A DNA stretch of 63,599 bases, the filler included, from Conidiobolus incongruus B7586 (lineage: Eukaryota), in NCBI GenBank assembly GCA_000697335.1. It is 33 parts of 33 records of this genome, joined end to end, with 100 filler letters (N's around TTAATTAATTAA, not from the genome) between each part and the next. Parts side by side here need not be neighbours in the genome. Positions count along the whole stretch, not along the records: positions 1 to 1,064 come from JNEM01004552.1; positions 1,165 to 3,676 come from JNEM01004554.1; positions 3,777 to 7,690 come from JNEM01004555.1; positions 7,791 to 9,218 come from JNEM01004556.1; positions 9,319 to 10,463 come from JNEM01004557.1; positions 10,564 to 16,097 come from JNEM01004558.1; 27 more parts are not named here. The stretch is one strand, 5' to 3'. The notes beneath the pieces were generated by a model. The model did not search any database and was not told where the DNA came from. It saw only the letters and a program-made list of their open reading frames with translations. The position numbers and the translations under genes were made by a program. Of the stretch, positions 1 through 13,900 are shown in pieces. Every line of letters begins with the position of its first letter. Position 1 is the first letter of the stretch.

Positions 1-945
1 ATATATATTTTATATTAGCATAAATACTATTTATAATTCAAGAAAAAACACCTTTAACTAAAAAAATCTTATTATATAGTTAGGTAAGAGTTTAAATATT
101 GCTATTAATATTAAATTAAAACTAATTAGAAAAGGTTATTTAGTTTAATAAAACAAAAATATATCTTAATAGATTTAATAGAAAAGTTAAATACTTTAGA
201 AAAAATATAGATTATTTTATAACTATTATGTTAATCTTATTGAAAAGTATAATAATAAGTTAATTATTATTTAAGGATATATTATGTTTTTAAGTATAAG
301 ATATGTTTATAAAATTAATAAAAGAATTAATGTTGAAATATATTAAAATATTTTAAATAATGAATTAAATAAAACTATTGAATAGTATAAATTAAACAAA
401 TCTGATATTATTTTCTAATAAGATGTTACCTCTTACTATATTATAATTTTTACTACCAAATAACTTAAAAATAATAAGATAATAGTTATAAAATAGTTTT
501 TTTAATCTCTTAACTTTAACCTAATTAAATATCTTTGGGATTAGTTAAAAAAAGTTATTAAAGCTTTTCTCTTAAAAAAAGATTTAGATTAGCTTTAAAA
601 ATATATTCAAGAAATATAAAACAAGATCATCATTGCTTAATATAAAAAGTTAGTTAATTTTATACCTTATAAACTTAATAAAGTTAGATAAGATAAAGTA
701 GATATATTAAGTTTTAATTTTTTTTATCATTAAAAACTTATAAATTTATAACTCATCTTAGGTAAAATTCAAAAGTTTATATTTTAATCAATTAATAACT
801 AAATATTATCATTTAATAATATATATTATTAATAAATATGATAGATTTTAATTATTTAATTTAGGTTTATATTATTAAATATTAATTAAATTATTAGTAA
901 AAATATAAGTGATTTTGATTTATAACTCATTTTTATAAGTTAAGA
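1..945 (+). mobile_element. Tc1-like (DD34E) transposon, family A, degenerate 3' part with right end
   Basis: aac cta att aaa tat ctt tgg gat (~518-541) is degenerate NPIEHLWD; right terminal repeat at ~897-945 matches that of the full copy at 43300-44868. Confidence 0.88.
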
Positions 946-1064
946 TGTTAAAATATTTCTTTATTTCATTATAAATAATGTTTATTATTAAAACTATAAA
1001 TAAACTTAAATATAATAAAAATATACTTATAAGTTTATTAGTAAAGTTAAATAAACTAGCTTAT

Positions 1065-1164
1065 NNNNNNNNNNNNNNNNNNNNNNNNNNNNNNNNNNNN
1101 NNNNNNNNTTAATTAATTAANNNNNNNNNNNNNNNNNNNNNNNNNNNNNNNNNNNNNNNNNNNN
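1065..1164. other. Artificial contig linker (44 N + TTAATTAATTAA + 44 N). First of 32; others start at 3677, 7691, 9219, 10464, 16098, 17508, 19045, 21404, 22754, 24280, 26188, 27922, 29809, 31476, 32751, 37333, 40092, 41557, 43158, 45376, 46636, 47979, 50333, 51552, 53009, 55276, 56839, 58309, 59739, 60932, 62417
   Basis: Identical 100-bp spacer recurs; TTAATTAATTAA gives stops in all six frames, typical of pseudo-scaffold concatenation. Confidence 0.98.
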
Positions 1165-1442
1165 AATTTTATATTAAAAAAAAATATAATTTAAATGGAA
1201 TTAATTATATAGATATGTTATAAATAAACAAAAAATATTTAGTATTAATTATATAAACTAATTTTATTTTGCTTTTGAACAAAAAAGTTTAAAATAACAT
1301 CTAAATTTTAAATACATAAAAAATTTTAGGATTTAAAATTTATTAATCAAAAGAAAAATTTTAAACTAATTGAATATTTAAAATTAAACAAATATTCAAA
1401 TTTTTTATATTTAAATTAAAATAACATTTAAATTTCAAAAAT

Positions 1443-2749
1443 GTTGAATAATTTAAATAATTGGAATTTTATGTGATTGAAAAAAAAAACATTTTAATAT
1501 ATAAGAAGTAAAATAAATATATTTTATAAAATTAATAATTTCATATATTTCTAATAACTTTTTGCAATATATTTAGCAAAGACCTAACACCTAAAACATA
1601 GTTTTTATTATTAAAAACTGAAATATGATAATTTACAAACTAATTCAATTTACTTGCAAAAATTTTCTTTCCTGTAAGTTGGTTTTTTAATTTCCTAAAG
1701 CAATTATAATCACATAAGTTATAAACTAGGGTATATACTAGATGTGGTAGTTTTTTCCAGTTATTTTTAATTTGAAATTTTTTTACAACTTGAGATTTAT
1801 ATATTTTGCAATTATCATGCAAAATAATAGGTGTTCTTAAATTATATTAAAAATACCAATTAAAAATAGCTTTATCTACAAAAGAAATATAAAGTTTATT
1901 ATTAATTGATTTTCCTTTAGTATCTAAAATAATAGCATATGCTATTATAATCCATTGTAATAATTAACACTAGCTTATCAATAAAGGTTTTATTTAACAG
2001 AATCTGTGAAGAAGGTTGATTTGGCTTAATCCATCACTTTGATTTATGTTTTGGTAGAGGATTATACAAAGGAATCCAAGATTAATCAATTGTAATAATT
2101 CACTGTAAAAGCCTTGGTTTCTGGCTATACCTTAGTAAGTTTTGTTTAACTATAGCTACTCTAGCTTTTATTGATCTTTAGTTAAATTATAAGGTACCCA
2201 TTTTATATGTTTATTAATTTTTTTCAATAAACTTTATTATATATAAAATACTTATATGACTAATATTAAAATATCTTGATAATTCTTAGGCTGAAATAAA
2301 AGTGTGCTTTGTAATATGTTTTTTTACTTTATTAATAATTAGAAGAGTGATAGTTGAAATTAGTCTTTTGGATTTTAATAGGTTTTAGGTAGTTTCTCTT
2401 CTAGTTTTAAAATAATTTGCATAGTGATAAATTATTGATTTAGATAATTCTTCATTACCAAAAGCTGTTGTAAATTTTGAATGATTTTAGAGGATTTATG
2501 GTTAAGTTTTACTGATTCTAAAATAAAAAACCTTTAATGATCATTATTTGATTTAAGAATGATTAAATTAATCAATTAATTTCAAATAATTAATTTTTTA
2601 ATCAAAAAAATAATATATATATATATATATATATCATTTAAAACTATTTATTTTCTTATAAATTTATATATAATTTTGTTTTTGAAATTAATTATATATT
2701 TGAAAAATCAAAAATTAAAAAATTTCCAATATTTTCAATTCAATGGTAA
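1443..2749 (-). mobile_element. mariner (DD34D) transposon, family B, near full length, degenerate
   Basis: ORF 1640..1822 reads HDNCK...LPHLVYTLVYNLCDYNCF, the mariner HDNARPH...HPPYSPDLAPSDY block with 34 residues between the two Asp; ends ...ggtaa followed by TA. Confidence 0.9.
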
Positions 2750-2971
2750 TACTATATATATATATATATAAATATTAACTTATAAAAATTAATCCTAAAA
2801 CTAAAAACAACTATAATTCACTAATAATATCTTTAATATATAATTAAAATACCTTAAATAATTAATAATATAAATCAAAAAATTTTAATATTTTGTAATC
2901 AACTATTATATTATTAACCTTCAAATTTCAAGTTATATAATAAATCAATAAGTTTTTGATAATAAAAAAAT

Positions 2972-3676
2972 TAAAACTTAGTATATTTGTCTAAATCTAT
3001 TGTTATTTTTTAAGTTTATATTGTATTGAATTAATTAATCTTTTTTTAAAAATAGGTCAATTTTATTTTATATTATTTAAATATATTTCTAAAGATAATT
3101 TAAATCTTTGGTTAAAGAAAGAGATTTAATAGCGTTTTTTAATTATTATTAACTACAATAAATTAGGTTAAGATTAAGAAATTTAAAAATACTTTATATC
3201 TATTTACTTATTTTTCTTAAGCTATTTGGTTATAGAAATATCAATATAGTCATAGGTATTATTTTATACGAAATTAATATTAAATATATTTAATTTATAC
3301 TATTTAAAAAATTATTTTTAATTTATTATTTAAAATACTCTAATATATTTTAATATTTATTCCCTTATTAATTTTACAAATATATCTTTTATCTAAAAAT
3401 ATTATTTAACAGCAAATAATAATTGGTATATTATTATATTATTGGTTAGAAATAATATAATAATTCTAAAAAAATTTTATATTTTTTAGAAATATTTAAT
3501 TTTTTTTATTAAATTTATTAAAATATATTTTGATTTTATTAAATTAAATAATCTTATTTAATTTTAATATAATATTACAAATAATATTACAACTCTTATC
3601 TATCTTTATAATAGGATATTATTAGTTAATGGTGTTTTTCATAAGATATGAGTAATATTTTAATAATATAAAGTAT
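2972..3676 (-). mobile_element. Tc1-like family A fragment, heavily degraded
   Basis: Shares family A blocks such as aattaggttaagattaag, aagctatttggt and ggtgttttttc. Confidence 0.7.
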
Positions 3677-4488
3677 NNNNNNNNNNNNNNNNNNNNNNNN
3701 NNNNNNNNNNNNNNNNNNNNTTAATTAATTAANNNNNNNNNNNNNNNNNNNNNNNNNNNNNNNNNNNNNNNNNNNNTTTTGATATTAAAAATTTGGAAAT
3801 TTATGGCTTTTCTTTGTTAAATATTAAAAATTATTATTTGTGTTAATAGTTAAAAAATTTATATATTTTCATTTATTATCAATTAATATTCTTTAATTAA
3901 TATTTTAGGTTCAGGTAATTTATATATATATATATAATTATTTTAGTTATTAATTAATATATATATTTTTGATTTTATAATTTATTTTTATTAGTCAATT
4001 TAATAAAAAATAAAAATCACTATTAATTTTATAATTAATTCATACAGATAATTTTGATTTTATTCAAGATAATCAAAAATCTTTTATAATTATATTTTAT
4101 TATGAATATATTATAATATTAATATCATTAATATATTTTAATATAAATGAACAATAAATTATAAATATATTTTAATTATACCTTTTGTTAATAATTTTAT
4201 TCATTATTTTATAGATATCTAGTATATAGTTTAAGTATTTCATATTTAAAAATATTATTAATTATTATTATCATTCTTGAATAATAAACAAAATAAACAT
4301 AATTTAAGTTAAAAAAAAATCCGAGAAGTAGAAATATTTTTTTATTTGAAATATAATAAATTTATATATAAGTTAGCTTATATCAAAACAAATAAATAAA
4401 ATATATATTAACTATTATTATAATAAATATATTTAAAATTATTTAAAAATTAATTATAATATTAGAATCAAATCCTTAATCAAAAATA

Positions 4489-5793
4489 TCACTTTGTAAT
4501 TTAAATAATGGGAATTTTTTGTGATTGAAAAAAAGTAATCATTTTAAAATATAAAAAGTAAAAAAATATATATTATGAAATTAATAATTTCATTTATTTC
4601 TAATAACTTTTTGCTATACTTTTGGTAAAGATCTAACACCTAAAAAACAGTTCTTATTATTAATGACTGATATTTAATATTTCACAAACTAATTAAATTT
4701 TCTTGAAAAAATTTTCTTTCCTACAAGCTAGTTTTTTAATTGCCTAAAACAATTATAATCACATAGGTTATAATCTAAGGAATATATAAGATGTTTTATT
4801 TCTTTCCAGTTATTTTTAATTAAAAAGTTTTTTATAACTTTAGATTTATATATTTTGCAATTATTATGCAAAATAATTGGTCTTTTCAAATTATATTAAT
4901 AATACCAATTAGAAATAATTTTATTTAAATAAGAAATATAAATTTTACTATCAGTTAATTTTTCTTTAGGAACTAAATAAGATTAGCATATTCTATTATA
5001 ATCCATTGCAACAATTAACATCTGCTTATCAATAAAGTATTCATTTAAAGGAATTTATAGAGAGGGTTGATTTGGCTTAATCTATCACTTTGATTTATGT
5101 TTTGGTAGAGGATTATACAAAAAAATCCAAGATTCATCAATTGCAATAATTCACTGTAAAAGCCTTGGTTTCTGGCTATATCTTAGTAAGTTTTGTTTAA
5201 CAATAGCTACTCTAGCTTTTTTTAAGCTTTAGTTAAATTATAAGTTACCTATTTTATATTTTTATTAATTAATTTTAAATTAAACTTTTATATATATAAA
5301 TTACTTGTTTGACTAATATTAAAGTGTCTTGATAATTCTTTAGCTGAAATAAAAGTGTGATTTTTAATAAGTTTTTTTACTTTATTAACAAATAGAAGTG
5401 TGACAGTTGAAATTAAACTATTAGATTTTAGCAGGTTTGGGTAATTTCTCTCTTACCAATAAAATAATGTAATTAGCAATAAATTGTTTATTTAAATAAT
5501 ACTTTATTACCAAAAGCTGCTTGTAAATTTTAAATGATTTTAGAGGGTTTATGGTTAAGTTTTACTGATACTAAAATAAAAAAATTTTGATGGTCATTAT
5601 TTGGTTTAAGATTTATTAAATTTAATAACTAATTTTAAAAAATTATTTTTTTAATCAAAAAAGTTATTATATATATATATAATTTAAGATTATTTATTTT
5701 CTTATTTGTTTTGCATTTTTTTTATTTAAAACTAATAATATGTTTGAAAAATTAGAAATTAAAAAACTTTTGATTTTTTTGATTCTATGGTAA
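4489..5793 (-). mobile_element. mariner family B, full length, degenerate
   Basis: Colinear with 1443-2749. Ends ta|tcactttgtaatttaaataatgggaatttttt and ...ctatggtaa|ta. aagattcatcaattg is the reverse complement of the TIDESW first catalytic Asp motif. Confidence 0.9.
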
Positions 5794-6258
5794 TAGCAAT
5801 AAATTTTTTAGTTTAAATAATATAAAGATTATTAAAAAATATCTACTTACTAGGTTTTTTTATAATTGTGCATTATTTATAATAATTAAACTAATTAATT
5901 AGTTAAAATTAATAAAACTTAGAATTTTTAATTTGTTTATATATATATTATTAAAATATATTTAAATTTCAAAATATAGGTAAAAGTTTAATATATCCTA
6001 TAAATCTATAATTAAATTTAATAAATAAAGTTATAGTTGAAAATTTTTTTAGATTATATTTAAAACTTTTATATATCAAAATTATAATATAAATATAATA
6101 TTAACAATATTATGAAATATATATTTTATCAATAATTTATAAATTGGAGTAAAATATAATTAACAAAAATAATATATAAATGATTATAATTTAATATAGA
6201 GCGAATAATTTCATTAATTATCTATTATTTTATTTGATATTGATATTATTATAATATA

Positions 6259-7565
6259 TTACAATAAAATTGAAAAAATATGAAATTTTTTTAATTCCTG
6301 ATTTTCAAACTCATTATTAGGTTCATATAATAAAATATATATAAAATAAATAAAAAAATAAATAGTTTTGAATTATAAATATAAATAATAATTTTTTTGT
6401 TTAAAAAAATAGTTTTTTAAAATTAATCATTTAATTTAATCATAATTAAAACAAATAATGGCCATCAATAGTCTTTTATTTGAGTATTAATAAAACTTAA
6501 CCATAAACCCTCTAAAAACATTAAAAATTTTCAAGGAGCTTGTAAATAATGAAGTATTATTCAAATCAATAATTTATTGCTAGATAAATTACTATAAAGC
6601 TAAAATAAAAATTACCCAAAACTTCTTAAAATCTAGAAGACTAATTTTAACTATCATTTTTATTTTTATTAATTAATTAAAAATTATATTATAAAGCACC
6701 ATTTTTATTTCATCTAAAGAATTATCAAAAAATTTTAATATTAGTCATATAAATTATTTATATTTATTAAAGTTTAAATTAATATTAATTAATAAAAATA
6801 TGAAATAGTTACTTTATAATTAAAATAAAGCTTAAAAAAAGCTAGAGTAGCTATTGCTAAATAAAACTTACTAATGTAAAACCAGAAACCAAGGCTTTTA
6901 AAGAAATTTATTATAATTGATAAATCTTAGATGCTTTTCTATAATCTTTTGCCAAAATATAAATTTAGATATTGGATTAAGCCAAATCAACCCCTTTTAT
7001 AAATCTGTTTAAATAAATACTATATTGATAATAAAATGTTTTATTTTAATTAATAATAATGATATATGCTATTTTTATTAGTTTCTAAATGAAAATCAAT
7101 TAATAATAATCTTTATATTTCTCTTTTTAATAAATATATTTTTAATTAGTATTCTTTATATAATTTGCAAAGACCTATTATTTTGCATAATAATTACAAA
7201 ATATATAATTATAAAACTATAAAGAACTTCCTAATTAAAAATAACTTGAAAAAACTATCATATCTAGTATATTTTTTAGATTAAAACCTATATGAATATA
7301 ATTGTTTTAGGTAATTAAAATACTAGCTTGTAGGAAAGAAAATTTTTATAGGAAAATTTAATTGGTGTGGGAAATATCAAATTTCAGTATTAAATAAAAG
7401 AAATATTTTTGAGGGTTAGATCTTTGCCAAAAATATAACAAAATGTTATCACAAATAAAGGAAATTATTAATTTTATATTATATATTTATTTTTATTTTT
7501 AAATTATTAAAATTTTTATTTTTGTTCAATCATAAAAAATTCCCATAATTTAAATTATAAAGTAA
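6259..7565 (+). mobile_element. mariner family B, full length, degenerate, opposite orientation to 4489-5793
   Basis: Plus strand shows degenerate KLNHKPS...KSGRP, HDN-like (gcataataat) and GVRSLPK blocks; both termini are flanked by TA. Confidence 0.88.
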
Positions 7566-7887
7566 TAAAAACCATTTTTTTGGTTAAATTTTAAATATTT
7601 TAATTATACATTAATTATTATAGCTCTTTTAATTTTATTACATTTTATTTATTTATTTTAAATGTTTGTAAATAATTTTGTTTAATCTTANNNNNNNNNN
7701 NNNNNNNNNNNNNNNNNNNNNNNNNNNNNNNNNNTTAATTAATTAANNNNNNNNNNNNNNNNNNNNNNNNNNNNNNNNNNNNNNNNNNNNTAAATAAACA
7801 ACTTATATTATAATGTTTAATTAAAATTAACTTGAAATAATTATATTATAATAAAATAAAAACTATTAAAAATTAATTATTTTACTA

Positions 7888-9218
7888 TAATAACCTACAA
7901 AAGTAAGTTATAAAATCCAAAACACTTATATTTTTACTAATAACTTGATTAATATTTAATGAAATAAACTTAAATTAAATAGTTAAAATCTATTATATTT
8001 ATTAATAACATATATTATTATATGATGATATTTAATTATTAATTGGTTAAAATATAAACACTTAAATTTTACCTAAAGTAAATTATAAATTTGTAGGTTT
8101 TTAATGATAAAAAAAATTAAAAACTAGTATATCTACCTTTAGCTTTTCTAACTTATTTAAGTTTGTAGGGTATAGAATCAACTAACTTCTTATACTAAAA
8201 AATGTTAATCTTGTTTTATACTTCTTGAACATATTTTTAAAGTGAATCTAAATTTTTTGCTAGGGGGAAAGCTTTAATAGCTTTTTTTAATTAATCCCAA
8301 AGGTGTTTAATTAGGTTAAGATTAAAAAATTGAAAAGGCTACTTCATAACTATTATCTTGTTATTTTTAAGCTATTTGGTAATAGAAGTTATAGTATAAC
8401 AAAAAGCATTATCTTACTAGAAAATAACATTAGATTTATTTAACCTATATTATTCAATAATTTTTTTCAATTCATTGTTTAAAATACTTTAGTATATCTC
8501 AGTATAAATTCCCTTATTAATTTTATAAAGATACTTTACACCTAAAAATAACATACATCCCTAAATAATAATTAACCTACTATTGTACTTTTAGGTAGAA
8601 TTAACATGATAGTTATAAAGTAGTTTTGTATCTTTTCTGAAGTATCTAGCTTTTTTATCAAATTTACTAAGGTATATTTTTATTTCATTAAATTAAATAA
8701 CCTTACTCTAATTAGTTTTAATTTAATATTAATAGCAACATTTAAACTTCTACTTAATTTTATAATAGGATTTCTTTAGTTAAAGGTGTTTTTTCTTGAG
8801 GTGTAAATAGTATCTATATTAATATAAAGCACATATAATAGTATTAGTGTTAATTAATATTCCTGTATAGTTTTATAACTCTTGTTGTATTTCTACAATA
8901 GTATTACATTTGCCTATATTAACCAACTTATAGATATACTTCTCATTATGTTTATTTATAATTTTAACACATTTAAGTTTAAGTTTAAATGTGTTTTTAT
9001 TGTTATTCTTAATAACTCTAACTATAGTAGATTAACTAACACTAGTAATTCTAACAATATTATAAGTTAATTTATCTTCTTTATAAAGTTGATTAATATA
9101 CAAATAGATTTTTTTAAAAAGGGATTTAAGTATAATGATACTAATAAAAAAAATTTATTATATCTGTAAAATATTATATAAAATAATAACAAAAAGAGAA
9201 AAAAGATATGGTTATATA
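7888..9218 (-). mobile_element. Tc1-like family A, near full length, degenerate
   Basis: Starts with terminal repeat taataacctacaaaagtaagttataaaatc; reverse complement of atcccaaaggtgtttaattaggtt gives N-L-I-K-H-L-W-D (NPIEHLWD). Confidence 0.9.
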
Positions 9219-9347
9219 NNNNNNNNNNNNNNNNNNNNNNNNNNNNNNNNNNNNNNNNNNNNTTAATTAATTAANNNNNNNNNNNNNNNNNNNNNNNNNN
9301 NNNNNNNNNNNNNNNNNNTATAAGAAAATAAATAGTTTTGATATATA

Positions 9348-10463
9348 TATTAACCTAAACAAATAAATCATAAAATCAAAAATACCTATATTTTTACTAA
9401 TAACTTGAATTATATTAAATGAAATAAAGTTAAATAATTATAATCCATTATAATTATTAATAATATATATCATTAAATGATAATAATTAGGTATTAATTA
9501 TTTATAATATAAAACTTTAAATATTACTAAAGGTGAGATATAAATTTATAGGTTTTGGATGATAATAAAAATTAAAACCTAATATATCTATTAAAAGCTT
9601 TTCTAACTTTTTTAACAATATAGGGTATAGAATTAATTAACTTTTTATATTAAGAAGAGTTAATTTTATTTTCTTCTTCTTAAATATATTACTAAATATG
9701 ATTTAAATCTTTTACTAAGGGGGAAGCTTTAATTACTTTTTTTAACTAATTCTAAAGATATTTAACTAGGTTAAAGTTAAAAAATTAAAGAAGTTATTTT
9801 ATAACTATTATTTTATTATTATTAAGTTATTTAATAACAAAAGCTATAGTATAATAACAGGTATTATCTTACAAAAAAATAATATTAGATTTGTTTAACA
9901 TTTTATTCAATATATTTTTTCAATTTATTATTTATAATACTTTAGTATAGTATAGCATTAATTCCCCTATTTACTTTAGGCAGATACTTTATATTTAAAG
10001 ATAATAATTTTTATTAATTAATAATTAATCTATCATTTTATTTTATTAGATAAAATAAACTTATTCTAATTAATCTTAGTTTAATATTAATAGTAATATT
10101 TTAACTCTTACCTTGTTTAATAATTGGATTTTTTTAGTTAAGGGTGTTTTTTCTTAAAATATAAGTGATAGCTATTCTAATATAAAACACATATAATAAT
10201 ATTAGTATTAACCAATATTCTTATATAGTTTTATAGTTCTTATTATATTTTTATAATAATATTATATTGGCTTATAATAACTAATTAAAGAATATACTTT
10301 TTATCATATTTTTTATAACCTTAATTTATTTAAGTTTAGGTTGTAATATATTATAATCTTTATTTTTAATAGCTTTTATTATAATAAATAAGTTAACACT
10401 AGTAATTCTAGAAATATTATAAGTTAATTTACTTTGCTTATAAAGTTAATTGATATACAAATA
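9348..10463 (-). mobile_element. Tc1-like family A, partial, with an internal deletion near 10050
   Basis: Terminal repeat at 9348; colinear with other A copies apart from a missing ~100-bp block. Confidence 0.85.
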
Positions 10464-10681
10464 NNNNNNNNNNNNNNNNNNNNNNNNNNNNNNNNNNNNN
10501 NNNNNNNTTAATTAATTAANNNNNNNNNNNNNNNNNNNNNNNNNNNNNNNNNNNNNNNNNNNNATTTTTTATATATTAATTCAATTAAAATCAAAAATTT
10601 TTAATATTTTTAAAAAATATTATAATAATATAATTCAAAAATATTATACTTTGATATAAAAATTAAAATATATATATTAAT

Positions 10682-10921
10682 AATAAATAATATTACCAAT
10701 TATATATATTATTATAATTTAATACTTATCCTATAATTACTAATTTATTTAATAGTACTTGATTTTGGTTGTATTGATCAATTTTAATACTTGATAAAAA
10801 GGTTAAGTTTTTAACAAGATAAATAAATAATTATTGTTAAATTCAATATAAAATAAAATAAACTTATATATTCATTTTATTATTTTGAATTATAAATCTT
10901 AATCATATATAAAAAACAACA
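10682..10921 (+). repeat. 5' LTR of G1
   Basis: Aligns by eye with 15851-16086 (aatactta..tataattact, tacttgatt, ttgataaaaagg, aattataaa); ends ...aacaaca. Confidence 0.75.
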
Positions 10922-13900
10922 CTAATAGAGAATTAAGGAATTATTAGCAAATCTCACATAAATATTACCTTAAACACCTTTTAATCTTTATATAGATTAT
11001 ATTATTATTAAAATAAAATGTTTTCCTTGTCTTTAATTAATATTTATTATCTTAGAAAAATTTTTACTTAACTTAATAATTAATCTAAAATCAAAGTGAA
11101 AAATATATATTTATATAATTTTCTTTATTTTTTTTAATAAAATAAATTTTATTGTTTTTTAAAAAAAACATAAAGATTATACCTAAAGATATTCAATTTG
11201 ATATATTTAATAAGATTTAAGAATCTTATAATTCTATTTACACCATTATATTTACTTTCTTATATTTTATAGAGATATAGGATATAGTAGATTATACATA
11301 TAATATACCTCACTATATAATCACAATACTAACGAATTTTGATAAATCAAGCAATGTTTATAACTAAATTTTCTAGTTATATACTTTTATACTTATTATA
11401 ATACCCTTATGTTCTATTAATTTTTTAACCAAAATATTAATTACTTAATTGAGTAAAAATACACTAATATGGGTAAAAGTATATTTTAATACTATTAATG
11501 AACTTTTAATTACTCTTAATTAATTCCTTAATTTTTTATAAAGTACTTTATTTTTTTCATTAATAAGGATCATGCTAAAAGTTAACTTTTAAAATTAAAA
11601 CAAATTTCAACAGTAGTAAACTATTTTAATAGGTTTAAAAATATTATAATTAGGATTCATAATATAAATAATGCTAAAAACACTGTTTGTTTATAAATAG
11701 ACTCAAACTATATATAAAAAGAGAAATAAATAAACCTAAAGTAACTATTTCAAATGATGCCAAGAATATCACATTTATTCACAAAATAAACTTTCAAAAA
11801 TTACCATTCACTCAACAAACTTTATTATATTTATAATATAATAATATTTTACCAAATTACCCTTATTATTTGAATGTTGTTCCTAATTATAAACTTATAA
11901 ATATAGATGCTATTCAATGTTATCTTTTTTCCCCTATTTAACTAAATTAGAAAAAAATAATTAAGATCTAATAGTAATTATTTTTATTATAGAAAACCTA
12001 GATATATAATCTTGACTTATTTATTAAATAAGAAAATAACCTCAAACTATTATAAACGTCACAACCTTTTTATATATATGTATATAAATATAATGTTCAA
12101 TTATCTTATCCATTTAACTATATATATTAATTTACCTTATATCTTCCCAACACTTATTATATATATTTTTAATATAATTATCATCCTTGATTTATCTTTA
12201 CTTTGAAATTAATATCTATAGATAATTAAAATCCTATCTTTAAAATTATAACCCAGATAAATTTTTAGGTAAAGTATTAGAAAATCAAGTTACTTTTAGT
12301 AGCAACAATAATTCACATGTTAATTTATATATTCTATACCTATTATATCAAAATACCAATACTATAAATAAAGAATCATTTAATTTTAAACTTAAACATA
12401 TTTTTACTCTTAGTGAATTTATCTAAGATAATACGAATAATGTCTTTTGGATTGAAATTATCTTGAATAACATTTTTTACATTTTTTTATATAAATGTAA
12501 ATATATTAGTATAGTGATTAACAAAGAATTTATTAAAAATAATTTTAGAATAATAGTAACACCCTTATTAATAATTAAACACATATTTGTTATAAATAAA
12601 TATATAATTTTAATCCAATACAAATACCATAATATTATAGTTTTTATGGGTTTTACTTTAACTTATTATAATTTCATTGTTGTTTTAATCTATTACAATA
12701 TGATTTTCAACCTACTATAGATTATATTCAACAATATACAAATTATTTAAGATACTTATATATTTTATATAAAATTTAAAAAGATTGAAGAATTAAAATA
12801 ATATATACTTAATCTTAATAAACTTTTAACCGAGAAATATAATCAAGTAACCTATTAAAAATAATTTAACATTAATTTTTATATTTTAGTTTCTGTTGAA
12901 AATAACTTTATTAATAAATCACACCCAAGTAATAAATTAAGTATTATAGATAAAAATAATAAAAAACCTGATAATAAAAACTTACACTTATATATAAATA
13001 GCTTTATAATTAAATTTGCTAATTAATTTTAAAATATATTATTTAATAAATTACCCCATCAATATTTAATTAACCCTAAACTAAAACTCTACCTAGATGT
13101 AAAATTAAAAAATTACTTTATTTATAGAATAACTATTATTACAATAAAAGCTCATTAAAATATCCTAAAAAAATTAAAAAAAGGATAAATTTATAAATAT
13201 TATGTTTTATTCACCTCATTTATATTTGTTATTAAAAAGAAAACTTTTGGTTATTAGCTCCAAAAAAATAAATAAAAATTAAACAAAACTATCAAAAACT
13301 ACACTTGAGCTATTTCTAAATATTTATTCTCTTTTTGATAAATATAAATGATATTAAAACTTTTCTATATTTATTATATTAAATAAATATCAATATTTAT
13401 TATATTTACCCTAAATTTAAAATCTTTATTATATTATATTATCCTTTTAATATTTTTATTTAAAAACTCTTTTATAAATATATAAGGTATTATCCTTAGC
13501 TTTTGATAAAATAATATAGTTAATTTTTAAAAATATATTTTTTATTTATATTAACCTAGATAATTTACTGGTATATTGAAAAAATAAAGATAAATATAAA
13601 TACTACCTTTAATTAGTATTTTAATTCCTTTAAAAAAATCACTTATAGTCTAAAGAAAATTGATTTATTATTAAACTATATTAATTATTTTAGATATATT
13701 ATATTAAGAAAAGAGGTTCACAATAACTTTAAAAAGATAATAGCAATTAAAAAATAGTTAATTTTTAGAAATATTAAGCAAGTAAAATAGCTTTTAGGTT
13801 CCTTTAAATATTACTATTGGTTTATTCCTAATCTTGCTAAAATAATAATCCTTTTAAATTGATTTATTAACAAAGGAATTAAATTTAACTAGTTTAAAAA

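Noticed and set aside
1109..1120. Regularly recurring TTAATTAATTAA as a CRISPR-like or biological repeat
   Set aside because: Always centred in 44+44 Ns; it is an assembly linker.
1640..1822. ORFs 1640..1822, 29238..29462 and 55664..55861 as functional genes
   Set aside because: They are stop-free remnants of mariner transposase and Gypsy RT pseudogenes.
2614..2634. (TA)n microsatellites as independent features
   Set aside because: Most sit at the same position in the mariner 5' region, and the rest are expected at this AT content.
8882..9070. Short I/N/K/F/Y-rich ORFs (8882, 12012, 12463, 17713, 51117, 63120)
   Set aside because: Chance or antisense frames within mutated transposons; no domain motifs, and several lack an ATG start.
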